The notes under the pieces are model-generated. The model worked only from the letters and a program-made list of their open reading frames with translations, had not been told where the DNA came from and did not search any database. A program made the translations under genes and the position numbers. Below are positions 37,052 through 45,992 of a stretch of 64,000 nucleotides of DNA, piece by piece. The stretch is from Deltaproteobacteria bacterium (GTDB lineage Bacteria; Desulfobacterota; GWC2-55-46; JADFVP01), in NCBI GenBank assembly GCA_029262515.1, contig JAJCZH010000018.1:13219-77218 (forward strand), given 5' to 3'. The stretch's first letter is position 1; each line of letters opens with the position of its first letter.

Positions 37052-38116
37052 TTAAAACCAGGCCAGGAATTGTTCTGCCGGCAGTTTTCGTTCAAATAGT
37101 TCGCTTACGTGGCGTGAGAGTTTGAGCGTGGCCGGGGTAATGGGCAGCCCCTGTTGGTGGCGGCTTCTCAAAAGGTCTACGACCCCTGTGAGGCTTTCGA
37201 GTACCCATGAGACCGGTTCGGAGCGGATGAGCCCGCGTGAAATGCGCCTCGCGGTATCGATCCGTCTCTCGGTCTTGTCGAGGGCATCCTCTATGCCGAT
37301 ATTTCTCATGATAATAAAGTTCTTCTTCGAGTTCTTCAGGTCGTATTCGTAATCGAGCACGTCGTCGATCAGCTGGCCTGCTTCGCCTGTGTTGCGCCCT
37401 ATCTCGGCGCACATCTCTCTGGTCTCCCTGTCGGCAAGCGAGGCGGGAAAAAGGACCGAGACAACGGAGTCGCCGCAGGACTTGCGGTAGAGGTAGTCGT
37501 TGGCATCCGTGGTGTTCTCGCTTTTTATGAGTGTGGCGAGCACGAGGCCGAGCCGTACTCTAATCTCTTTTAACTCTTCTTCTGTTATTGCGCCGGAGTT
37601 GAGCTCCTCTTCGAGGGCGAGGTCCATAAGGTCTCTGTATGCGTGCGAGACGTAGAAGAGCTTTTCGCCATACACTTCGTACGATCCTTCTTTGTCGAGG
37701 TAGTCGTCTGCGCTGGCTACCATTGTCGAGAAGAATGAGGCAGGAACGTGCAGGTCGGCTCTGACCTTTAACGGGGTTGAGAGCGCTGCGATAGAGATTT
37801 CGCAGAGCCTTCCCTTGGCAGTGTCGAGGTCGAACCTGTACCCGAGCGCCGCAGTACGTGTGAAGGCGCGCGTGAATATACGCTCCTTAGACCCTGTTGT
37901 CGGCCCGTAGAGTTCCACCTCCGTTCGCTTCAAGTGAGACTCTATAAGGTCCTTCTCTTTTAGGTACTCTGGTATGCGGCGCTTCGTGTTGGCCGAAGAG
38001 GTTCCGGCAATGGTACTTGCAGAGTCTGTCGAGCAGAGGTATTCTGCTATTAAACACTCCTTTTTCAATTCTGAGCTTTTGCGGATACTCTCTATAGAGT
38101 GCGGCAGCATTCTCAA
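37052..38116 (-). CDS. Squalene/phytoene synthase family (head-to-head isoprenoid synthase) protein
   Basis: Asp-rich motif ASADDYLD (cf. CrtB ADDIVD). YLYRKSCGDSVVSV (cf. YCYYVAGTVG). GEAGQLIDDVLDYEYD (cf. GxAxQLTNIxRDxxED). Confidence 0.45.
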   Translation of the reverse strand: MRMLPHSIESIRKSSELKKECLIAEYLCSTDSASTIAGTSSANTKRRIPEYLKEKDLIESHLKRTEVELYGPTTGSKERIFTRAFTRTAALGYRFDLDTAKGRLCEISIAALSTPLKVRADLHVPASFFSTMVASADDYLDKEGSYEVYGEKLFYVSHAYRDLMDLALEEELNSGAITEEELKEIRVRLGLVLATLIKSENTTDANDYLYRKSCGDSVVSVLFPASLADRETREMCAEIGRNTGEAGQLIDDVLDYEYDLKNSKKNFIIMRNIGIEDALDKTERRIDTARRISRGLIRSEPVSWVLESLTGVVDLLRSRHQQGLPITPATLKLSRHVSELFERKLPAEQFLAWF

Positions 38117-38593
38117 CTCCCTCTTGTGCTCTTTAAAGTGTCTGTCGGTTAGCTCTTGCCGGCAAGGTATTATATTGCGCCGGTTATAACTCCGGAACCG
38201 GTTATATTTTTTTGAGTATACCGGAACAGAGTAGTAAGATCAAACCCGAAGATTCATTTGTGCTGGTCATGGGGGGAGAGATGGCAATAGCGAAAGGCAG
38301 CGGAAATACCAAGAGGCATGTCCGTATATACGGACATGCCTCTTGGTTCGTGACGGGGTTTTTCTTTACTTGCGAAGATACCCTCTTATCTTCCAGGCGC
38401 CTGCTCCTGCCAACCCGCTACCTATAAGGAGAAGGGTGGATGGCTCAGGAACTGTTGCTGTTGGTACTGCCCATGCGCTGCTGCTGCTCAAAAGTATGAA
38501 AAAAAAGAGCAATGCGGCCGCGATTATGCCGTTATTCAATTACTTGATCTCCATTTTATAATTATAAAAAGATTATTGTCATTCTGCCGGTGG

Positions 38594-39331
38594 TTAGCCT
38601 CTGTTTAATCTTTTTCTGATAAGTCCTATACCGATAAGGCCGCTGCCGAGCAGAAGCAGAGTAGAGGGCTCGGGTACCGTATTTTTCGTTATGTTCAGAT
38701 AATCGTTTCCGCAGAGCATTGTCCAGTGCAGTGTCATGCTGTTGATGTTTGTTGACGGGAGGATATTGTAGTTGAAGGCGCCTTCGATAATATACGAGGT
38801 GCCGCCGTCGATGTTGTTGGCCAGATCCAGCCCTGTGCCGTATGAGGCACTGAAGGAGCTTAAGTATGTCGAGTCACCTGTCTCGGTGCCTCTTCTAAAC
38901 GGGGAGGCGACGTAATGCTGCGTAAAAATCGGCAACTCCCAAACGTTGACGCTGTAGAGGTCCAATTGTACTGTATTGCCGCTTACTGCGCCTATCTCGA
39001 GGGCGTACTCGTATACCCCGTCGGAGTTTATATCGATGGCGAGGTCGCCGGGCGTGTAGTGCGTGCCGCCGTAGTCTACCCCGTTGATAAAGTCGAAACC
39101 TGTCTGGAGGCCGAACTCTGTGGTGCCGTCGGACTGAAGTTTTAGACCGAGGTACTCGACATCGAAGTCCTGTTCTCCTCCGCCCGGGTAGGTATAACCG
39201 TCACCGCCTACATAATTGCCGCCCCACTCGCCGAGCCCGAAGCTGCCATTGAGCGTAATAGCCGAGGCCGAACCGGCCAGAGCCAGAGTTGCGATTGTTG
39301 CTGCGGTAATTATGAGTTTTTTCATCTTCAT
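38594..39331 (-). CDS. PEP-CTERM sorting-domain secreted protein (exosortase substrate)
   Basis: Signal peptide. C-terminal VPEPSTLLLLGSGLIGIGLIRKR (PEP motif, TM helix, basic tail). Confidence 0.75.
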   Translation of the reverse strand: MKMKKLIITAATIATLALAGSASAITLNGSFGLGEWGGNYVGGDGYTYPGGGEQDFDVEYLGLKLQSDGTTEFGLQTGFDFINGVDYGGTHYTPGDLAIDINSDGVYEYALEIGAVSGNTVQLDLYSVNVWELPIFTQHYVASPFRRGTETGDSTYLSSFSASYGTGLDLANNIDGGTSYIIEGAFNYNILPSTNINSMTLHWTMLCGNDYLNITKNTVPEPSTLLLLGSGLIGIGLIRKRLNRG

Positions 39332-39959
39332 CGGTTTTTCCCCAGTTCTGCTTGCAGTACTCTCTTAACTGTTTAACGTGCTCTGGTTAAGTATATATGC
39401 AAAGGCTGTGCCACTTGGAAAGGGTTATAGCGTGAATATGCGTAACATGCTGTATTTATTTGAATATTCATATGTACGGAGGTCATAGCTTTACCTGTCG
39501 GCAAGGAGCCCGGAGCTGATATGTGTAAAAAATTTTTACAGTAGAGACGGAAAAATTATTAGTAAAAAGGCTATATACGAAAAAAGTCTGTATATACGGA
39601 AGGTTACCTGTTGTTATGATGTTATGGCGGTTTGTAAAGGGGGTTGACATACTGTGGAGTAAACTAGTATGCCATGATAAAGTAGGCAGGCGTTAGCGGT
39701 CTAGTCTATTAATACCGTTCTTGTATATAGTAGAATGAGTAGAAAAGTGACTTGACTGTTGTGATACTTAATAAGTATACTTCTGTATTTGAAGTAGTCA
39801 TGAGCAACACGATCGACGAGTGGAGAATCTGTGCCGAGAGTGGTTATACGGTAAAGTAGTTTTTTTCTCTTCTACAGTACTTGATAGGGTGTTGAGAAGA
39901 AAACCTGCAATGTCGATTTTTTTTGTCTGATAATTTTATAATCAATAAGGAGATTTGAT

Positions 39960-40394
39960 GTGTCAAAGGTGTAGAGTGGAGATAAGGTAAAGATACATTA
40001 TTCAGGCTCATTTGACGACGGTACTGTCTTTGACGCCTCAAAAGGGCGCGATCCGCTTGAATTTACCATAGGGGCGCAAGAGGTTATTGCCGGAATGGAG
40101 GCGGCTGTTATCGGAATGAGCCCCGGTGAGACGAAGACCGAGAGGATTTTACCCGAGAATGCGTACGGTGAGTACAACCCGGAGATGGCCGTAAATGTCG
40201 AGAGAAAGCATATACCGGAGGATATGGCGCCAGAGGTCGGGCACCAAGTGAAGATAACGCAGGATGACGGAAGCACGATAGTTGCGCAGATCATCGGTGT
40301 TACCGACGAGCACGTCACGCTTGATGCCAATCACCCGATGGCCGGTAAAGAGCTGATCTTCGAGATAGAGTTGCTGGAGGTAGTCGGCGGGTAG
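39960..40394 (+). pseudogene. FKBP-type peptidyl-prolyl cis-trans isomerase with an in-frame TAG at codon 5
   Basis: AAGGAG RBS then GTG 39960. The frame reads M S K V * S G D K V K I H Y S G S F D D G T V F D A S..., continuing into ORF 40095-40394 (…IGAQEVIAGMEAAVIGM…, FKBP fold). TAG at 39972-39974. No alternative canonical start between the TAG and the conserved domain. Confidence 0.45.
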
Positions 40395-40458
40395 TTCTTT
40401 ATTTTATCCTTAAGGGTCGTCACTGTCGCGTAGTACAGTTCGCTGGCCGCATAAAAAA

Positions 40459-40492
40459 GTTAAAAAAAGCGCGTTATACCAACCGGTATAAC
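40459..40492. terminator. Bidirectional rho-independent terminator between convergent FKBP (+) and Nfu-fusion (-) genes
   Basis: Perfect 12-bp stem GCGCGTTATACC/GGTATAACGCGC with loop AACC. A7 upstream and T6 downstream. Confidence 0.6.
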
Positions 40493-40540
40493 GCGCTTTT
40501 TTATTACTAAGTAAGGTTTCGCTTTACCCTGAGCAGTTTC

Positions 40541-41098
40541 TCAATCCGAGGCCTTTACCGCTATTATCTCCTTGATCTTCGGGACATGCTTCTTGATAGT
40601 GGTTTTAACACCGTTTTTTAGCGTAAGCTCTGCCGATGGGCAGCCTTTGCAGGCCCCTGTCAGCGTAACCGCAACGCTCATCTCTTCTGCGTCTACGTTT
40701 ACGAGCTCGATATCTCCACCGTCGGCCTGAAGGTACGGGCGTATTTCGGCCATAGCCGCCTCGATGCTCTCTTCAAGCTCCTCTTGCGTCGGGTCCGGAG
40801 TCTTGAGCTTGGTGATAGCCACGCTCCATAACAGAGGGCCCTCTGTCTCATACTGCCAGTCGTAGAGTCCGTTGAACTCGGACTCGAAGTGGTAGAAGAG
40901 CGGCCTCGGGTCGTGGTCGCTCTTGAATCTTACTGTTGACGCTTCCTCAACAGTCTCCCATGCATCAAAGACGAGAGCGTGTCTTTCTCGTACGGGAGAG
41001 TCCGTGAGGTTCAGCTCTATGTCGGTTCCGTTTATCATACCTCTATCCATTGTATTGGTTAGTACTTTTGCTTCTAGCTTATAGTTAAAAGATACCAT
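40541..41098 (-). CDS. DUF2249-like domain fused to a NifU/Nfu-type Fe-S cluster scaffold domain
   Basis: N-terminal half contains ...DHDPRPLFYHF..., a DUF2249-type signature. C-terminal half is an Nfu domain (IRPYLQADGGDIELVNVD...LTGACKGCPSAELTLKNGV, CXXC). Confidence 0.55.
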   Translation of the reverse strand: MVSFNYKLEAKVLTNTMDRGMINGTDIELNLTDSPVRERHALVFDAWETVEEASTVRFKSDHDPRPLFYHFESEFNGLYDWQYETEGPLLWSVAITKLKTPDPTQEELEESIEAAMAEIRPYLQADGGDIELVNVDAEEMSVAVTLTGACKGCPSAELTLKNGVKTTIKKHVPKIKEIIAVKASD

Positions 41099-41220
41099 GC
41101 ATACTATCCCAAGTGTACACCTTTTTTTTATTGAAGTCTCGAAACCACACGAGGCCGCCTCATATTATGAGGCGGCCTCGTGTGGTACTGGCTAACTTGA
41201 GCTTGGTGGGGGGGGGTAGC

Positions 41221-42726
41221 TCAAGCTATAATATCGTCTATGTCTATTCCGATGCTCTTCGGGTCTTTTGAGGAGACGACCCATTTCGAGGCGGTATTTT
41301 TCAGGTCTACCTGAAAGGGTTTTTTGAACCTCTTGCCGTTTGCATTGATAAGCATGCTAATCTTCGGCTGCAGGGGGTGTGAGTGGTTGATCGCCTTTAC
41401 TATTGCCATCTCTTTGGTGTTCAGCTCTATGACGGTGCCTATAGGGTAGATACCGAGGCATTTGATTAGCCTCTCTACGAGTATCGGTTCAAACTGTTTT
41501 TCACGCAGCATGTAGATCTTCTGTAGCGCAATATCGGGCAGCATGCCCAACTGGTAGCAGCGTGTGCTGGTCATGGCATCGTAGACGTCGGCCACTGCCG
41601 CAATTCGAGCGAAGATATGGATCCGCTCGCTCTCCTTCATGGCCGGGTACCCGGTGCCGTTGTACTTTTCGTGGTGCTGTGCGACCACGTGCAGGGACGA
41701 CTCCTTTATCTCCGGCATTTCCTTTAGGTACTCAACGCCGAGTAACGGGTGTTTCTTCATCCTGTCGAATTCCTGTTCGGAGAGCGGACCCTTCTTCTTT
41801 AGAATATGTTCGGGCACCAGGGCCTTGCCCACGTCGTGAAGCATTGCGCCGGCACCGAGGTCTCTTAACGCCTCTTTGTTAAAACCCATGCGGCGCGCAA
41901 TCGCAACCGATAGGATACAGACGTTGATGCAGTGGCCGAAGGTGTACTCATCAACGCTCTTTAGCCTTGTAAGGCTTGCAATGGCGTCCTGATTTCTGAA
42001 AGTGGAATCTATGACCGCCTCTACCGTTTGATGTATCTTGGCCGGTTCGATCGCTTTACCCATGCTGACGTTGCTCATAAAGGCGCGCACAAGCTCTTCG
42101 GCGTCGTTTCTTATTGCGGTGGCGGCCTCAATCTCTTTGTCGAATTCGACCAGGTCCTCTATCTCGACCTCTTTGCTGCCGTCGTACTGCTCTGAACCGT
42201 CCTCTTTTTTTGATTCGACAATCCGCGTATGCTCTACTACCGGTGCTACTGCCTGGTTGTCGTGTCCGGCCTCGATATCTACTGCATCTATTGAGAGGAT
42301 TTCCTCGGCGAGCAACTCTTCAACCTCAGGGTCTATTACCTTTTTTTCCGGGTCGCGTTTAGGCACAAGCCCCAGTTTTACTGGTATCTTTTTGTCTGTT
42401 GTTCTACTCTGTTCGGCCTTGGCCTCTGTATTGGTTGCGGTTACTTCCGCGTCGAACTCAGAGAGGTCCGGTTCCGTCTCCATAGGCAGGTCGTTTGACG
42501 ACACCGGGGGCCTTGCCAGCGGTTCATCTACGACGACATAGGCCGCCTGGTATCCGTAACGCTCGAAATCTTCGAGGTCTTTTTTGTTCTTTACGAGAAT
42601 ATTATTCATGAAGAAGAGGCCTTTGTCGGATCCTTCTTTCTGGAACCCGCTGATATACATGCCCTTTTCAAGTTCGTGAATGTCTACCTTTCTGATCATC
42701 CTAAATATTCTCCCATTGAGCGGCAC
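41221..42726 (-). CDS. HD-GYP domain c-di-GMP phosphodiesterase-type protein
   Basis: HDVGK...HHEKYNGTGYP (HD...GYP) in the C-terminal half. Acidic low-complexity linker in the middle. Confidence 0.7.
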   Translation of the reverse strand: MPLNGRIFRMIRKVDIHELEKGMYISGFQKEGSDKGLFFMNNILVKNKKDLEDFERYGYQAAYVVVDEPLARPPVSSNDLPMETEPDLSEFDAEVTATNTEAKAEQSRTTDKKIPVKLGLVPKRDPEKKVIDPEVEELLAEEILSIDAVDIEAGHDNQAVAPVVEHTRIVESKKEDGSEQYDGSKEVEIEDLVEFDKEIEAATAIRNDAEELVRAFMSNVSMGKAIEPAKIHQTVEAVIDSTFRNQDAIASLTRLKSVDEYTFGHCINVCILSVAIARRMGFNKEALRDLGAGAMLHDVGKALVPEHILKKKGPLSEQEFDRMKKHPLLGVEYLKEMPEIKESSLHVVAQHHEKYNGTGYPAMKESERIHIFARIAAVADVYDAMTSTRCYQLGMLPDIALQKIYMLREKQFEPILVERLIKCLGIYPIGTVIELNTKEMAIVKAINHSHPLQPKISMLINANGKRFKKPFQVDLKNTASKWVVSSKDPKSIGIDIDDIIA

Positions 42727-42931
42727 TCTTTGCCTGCTCTATTCTATAATAAGAGGTTACTTTAGTGGTGTATGTGCGCAGAGGTACCATACCTATATTA
42801 ATCGGTCATAAATCGTTAAAACTTTAGCTGTAAGTGGGTTGCGCAGAGGTTCTGGAGCCTGTAAGAGGGCTTTTGTAAACTTCTTTTGACAACAGTGGGC
42901 GGGCGATGTTATACGGGTGTAGGGGTAAGAG

Positions 42932-43804
42932 ATGGCAAAGATAATAACGCTGACAACTGATTTCGGCATTAGGGATTCGTATGTGGGTGCGCTCAAGGGG
43001 GCGCTGCTCTCGGTGAACCCGGAGGCTGTTATCGTCGATATATCCCACACAATAGAGCCTGGAAACATTAAAGAGGGCGCTTTTGTTATTGCCGGCGCAT
43101 ACTCTTACTACCCTGTCGGTACGATCCATGTCGGCGTGGTCGACCCCGGGGTCGGAGGGCAGAGAAAGGCGTTGCTGGTAGAGACGGAGAGGCACTTCTT
43201 TGTGGGGCCCGATAACGGTCTTTTCACGTTTGCGCTTGGGCGGGAAAGTATCGTGAGAAGTCTGGAACTGAAGCAGAAAAGGTACTTTAGAGACAAGGTC
43301 AGCTCTACTTTTCATGGCCGCGATATCTTCGCTCCCGTGGCGGCGCACCTGAGCCTCGGTGTTGAGCCTTCGGCCTTCGGCACCAGGCTCGCCTCTTGTA
43401 TCGCACTCGACTCTCCAACGCCAAAATTCACCAACTCTGCTCTTTCAGGCGAGGTTATCTATGGCGAAGTTATCTATATCGATAACTTCGGCAACCTGAT
43501 TACCTCTATAAGAGAAGAGGATTTAACCGCCCGCTTCAAGGGTACTGAAGCAGACCGGTTGAGAGTAGAGGTTAAGGGTGTAGAGATTTTGGGAGTTTGC
43601 AGTACCTATGCAGACCGGGGCAGTGGCGAGGGTGTTGCACTTATCGGCAGCTCCGGTTACCTTGAAGTCGCCATAAACGGCGGCTCAAGTGTCTCTTATT
43701 TAAATATCGGCCTCGGCGAAAAGGTCTCGGTATCCGTATCCGTTGATGGAACTCCTACCAAAAAGAACTTTACCAAGAAAAACTGTAATGGAGGCTTGAA
43801 GTGA
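42932..43804 (+). CDS. SAM hydroxide adenosyltransferase family protein (DUF62; fluorinase/chlorinase-like SAM hydrolase)
   Basis: N-terminal signature ITLTTDFGIRDSYVGALKGALLSVNPEAVIVDISH and overall ~290 aa architecture. Confidence 0.65.
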   Translation: MAKIITLTTDFGIRDSYVGALKGALLSVNPEAVIVDISHTIEPGNIKEGAFVIAGAYSYYPVGTIHVGVVDPGVGGQRKALLVETERHFFVGPDNGLFTFALGRESIVRSLELKQKRYFRDKVSSTFHGRDIFAPVAAHLSLGVEPSAFGTRLASCIALDSPTPKFTNSALSGEVIYGEVIYIDNFGNLITSIREEDLTARFKGTEADRLRVEVKGVEILGVCSTYADRGSGEGVALIGSSGYLEVAINGGSSVSYLNIGLGEKVSVSVSVDGTPTKKNFTKKNCNGGLK

Positions 43805-44250
43805 GGGCGGTTGTCCAGAGGGTTAAGAGCGCCGAGGTGCGGGTATCGGGCACGGTCTGCGGTGCGATTTCCACCGGCCTGCTGCTTTACGTCGGTGTAG
43901 AGGCCGGGGACTCGGAAGAAGATATTGAGTATATCGCTGGTAAAGTTATAGGGCTTCGAATCTTCGGCGACGAAGAGGGCAGAATGAACCTAGATATAAA
44001 GGACGCCCAGGGCGAGTTATTGGTAATCTCGCAGTTTACGCTCTCTGGGGATGTAAGAAAGGGCCGCCGCCCATCATTTGCCGCTGCCGAGCAGCCTGAA
44101 AAGGCGAGGGAGCTGTACGAAGAGCTGGTCGAAAAGATAAGGGTGCAGGGACTTAATGTGGCCACGGGCGAGTTCAGGGCCCATATGGAGGTAGAGTCAA
44201 TAAACGACGGCCCGGTGACGTTGCTTTTAGACAGCCGCAGGCTCTTTTAA
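43801..44250 (+). CDS. dtd: D-aminoacyl-tRNA deacylase
   Basis: MRAVVQRV... N-terminus. SQFTL motif. ~149 aa, collinear with E. coli Dtd. GTG start overlapping the upstream stop. Confidence 0.85.
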   Translation: MRAVVQRVKSAEVRVSGTVCGAISTGLLLYVGVEAGDSEEDIEYIAGKVIGLRIFGDEEGRMNLDIKDAQGELLVISQFTLSGDVRKGRRPSFAAAEQPEKARELYEELVEKIRVQGLNVATGEFRAHMEVESINDGPVTLLLDSRRLF

Positions 44251-44279
44251 GGGCCCCGGCGGCCCGGCCTGTTTTTTTT
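44251..44279 (+). terminator. Rho-independent terminator after dtd
   Basis: GGGCC(ccggc)GGCCC hairpin followed by T8. Confidence 0.55.
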
Positions 44280-44412
44280 GATTTTTCTGCACTATAAGCT
44301 GTATTTGTTAAGAGGAGATACTGAGGTGGCCCACAGAGTTTGGATAGCCGTGTAGTGTGAGCAGTACCACCTTTATATCTGATGTTCCAACCAGCGAACC
44401 AAAAGGCTTGTT

Positions 44413-44832
44413 ATGCACTTTGTGAAAAGCATCGATATAGAGACCGAAGGTTTCTCCGACGTAATAGACGTTACGGAGCGCGCAACCGAGGCAGTAGCAT
44501 CTTCGGGGGTGGTCAACGGCCTGCTTACGCTCTTTGTGCCCGGCTCGACCGCTGCGGTCACTACTATCGAGTTTGAACCCGGCGTAGTTGCCGACCTGAA
44601 AGAGGCGATAGAGAGAGTGGCGCCCGAAGGTTTACGTTACAGCCACGACGCCCGTTGGGGCGACGGCAACGGTTTTTCGCACGTGCGCGCGGCGTTCATG
44701 AAACCTTCGTTGACCGTTCCGATCGTAGACAGGGCCCTTACGCTCGGCACCTGGCAGCAGCTGGTTCTGATCGACTTCGATAACAGGCCGCGAAAGAGGG
44801 CGCTGCTGTTGCAGGTCATCGGCGTTGCTTAA
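44413..44832 (+). CDS. YjbQ/UPF0047 family protein (secondary thiamine-phosphate synthase-like)
   Basis: 139 aa. Conserved ...LTLGTWQQLVLIDFD... C-terminal motif and ITHSTAS-like core typical of UPF0047. Confidence 0.65.
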   Translation: MHFVKSIDIETEGFSDVIDVTERATEAVASSGVVNGLLTLFVPGSTAAVTTIEFEPGVVADLKEAIERVAPEGLRYSHDARWGDGNGFSHVRAAFMKPSLTVPIVDRALTLGTWQQLVLIDFDNRPRKRALLLQVIGVA

Positions 44833-44864
44833 TCTTGTCCGGTTACTTGGCTGAGGTACCTTAA

Positions 44865-45782
44865 GTGAGTAAAAAAATATTCAGGGTCGCGGGGCTCGGG
44901 CAGTGTTCGCTAGATTATCTGACTTCCACCGGGAGTTACCCGAAAGCGGATACAAAGACCGAGGTCTTCGGTTTTTCCGTTCAGGGCGGCGGGCCTGTTG
45001 CAACCGCTCTGGTGACTCTGGCTCGCCTGGGAGTTAAGACGTATTTCAGTGGTGTTGTTTCCGACGACCGTGCAGGTAAAGAGATAAAAGCGGGACTAAA
45101 GAGCGAGGGCGTAGATATCCGCGCCCTGAAGGTGCGCCCCGGCGGGGAGTCGCAAAAGGCCTTTATTGTTGCAGGCACCAGATCGGCTACGCGGAACATC
45201 TTCTGGCAGAGGCCTACCGTAGAGCCGCTCGCCCCTGAAGAGGTCGCAGGAGGTTTTGTAAAGGGTATCGATTTTCTTCTTCTCGACGGGCTTATGCCCG
45301 AGGCCTCTATAACCGCAGCTACTTTGGCCCGTGAGGCCGGGGTTCCGGTAATGCTCGATGCCGGCAGCCTGCGCCCGGGTATGGAGAAACTGATACCTCT
45401 GTGCGACGCTGTAGTGGGCTCGGAGACCTTTGCCAGGGCATACGGGGGTGCCCCGCAAAAGGCCTTAAAGGGGCTTAGAGAAGCGGGAGTTGAGTTGGCA
45501 ACGATAACTCTCGGAGCCGGAGGCTCGGTTACCAGAACGGAAACGGATACGGGATTGAAGAGTTTTACCAGTCCGGCCTTTAAAGTAGATGTAGTTGATA
45601 CGACAGGCGCCGGAGACGTCTTTCACGGAGCTTATATCTACGGGCTTCTAAAAGGATGGGAGATAGAGCCTGTTTTAAAGTTTGCCTCGGCAACGGCAGC
45701 CCTTAAGTGCAAAAAACCGGGCGGGCGGCACGGCATTCCGAGTCTTCGTACTGTGCAGAACTTTTTGCGCCGACATGAGTAA
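44865..45782 (+). CDS. PfkB-family sugar kinase (ribokinase-like)
   Basis: Gly-rich N-terminal motif (GGGPVATALVTLARLG). C-terminal DTTGAGDVFHGAY anion-hole/catalytic motif. GTG start. Confidence 0.7.
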   Translation: MSKKIFRVAGLGQCSLDYLTSTGSYPKADTKTEVFGFSVQGGGPVATALVTLARLGVKTYFSGVVSDDRAGKEIKAGLKSEGVDIRALKVRPGGESQKAFIVAGTRSATRNIFWQRPTVEPLAPEEVAGGFVKGIDFLLLDGLMPEASITAATLAREAGVPVMLDAGSLRPGMEKLIPLCDAVVGSETFARAYGGAPQKALKGLREAGVELATITLGAGGSVTRTETDTGLKSFTSPAFKVDVVDTTGAGDVFHGAYIYGLLKGWEIEPVLKFASATAALKCKKPGGRHGIPSLRTVQNFLRRHE

Positions 45783-45992
45783 AACATGGGTTAGGCAGTT
45801 GAGAAAACCGTGCCTGTTTCTTCCTTTTTTGTCTCTCGGTTGTTGCTCTTTTTCTTAAAACTTCTCCCTAATTCGCCTCAATTCTTCCATTTCCATAAAT
45901 ATTTTTAATATTCAGCTATACTGTAATAGAGCCAATTTAGGTTTTGGACTGCTTTTAATTCTACGGCTCAGAGTTCTCAGGGAGGTCTTGCA

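Noticed and set aside
38212-38561. Small ORFs (71-72 aa) in the spacer between the synthase-like and PEP-CTERM genes
   Set aside because: They have no RBS, an odd composition, and overlap the 38-bp palindrome. They are more likely non-coding regulatory DNA.
39332-39960. AT-rich 630-bp region checked for a CRISPR array, tRNA or IS ends
   Set aside because: There are no regularly spaced direct repeats, no tRNA-like cloverleaf and no terminal inverted repeats. It is interpreted as a promoter/leader region.
41208-41216. G9 homopolymer as a phase-variation switch of the HD-GYP gene
   Set aside because: The tract lies 5 nt downstream of the stop codon, outside the CDS, so slippage would not alter the reading frame. 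It is kept only as a note within the palindrome finding.
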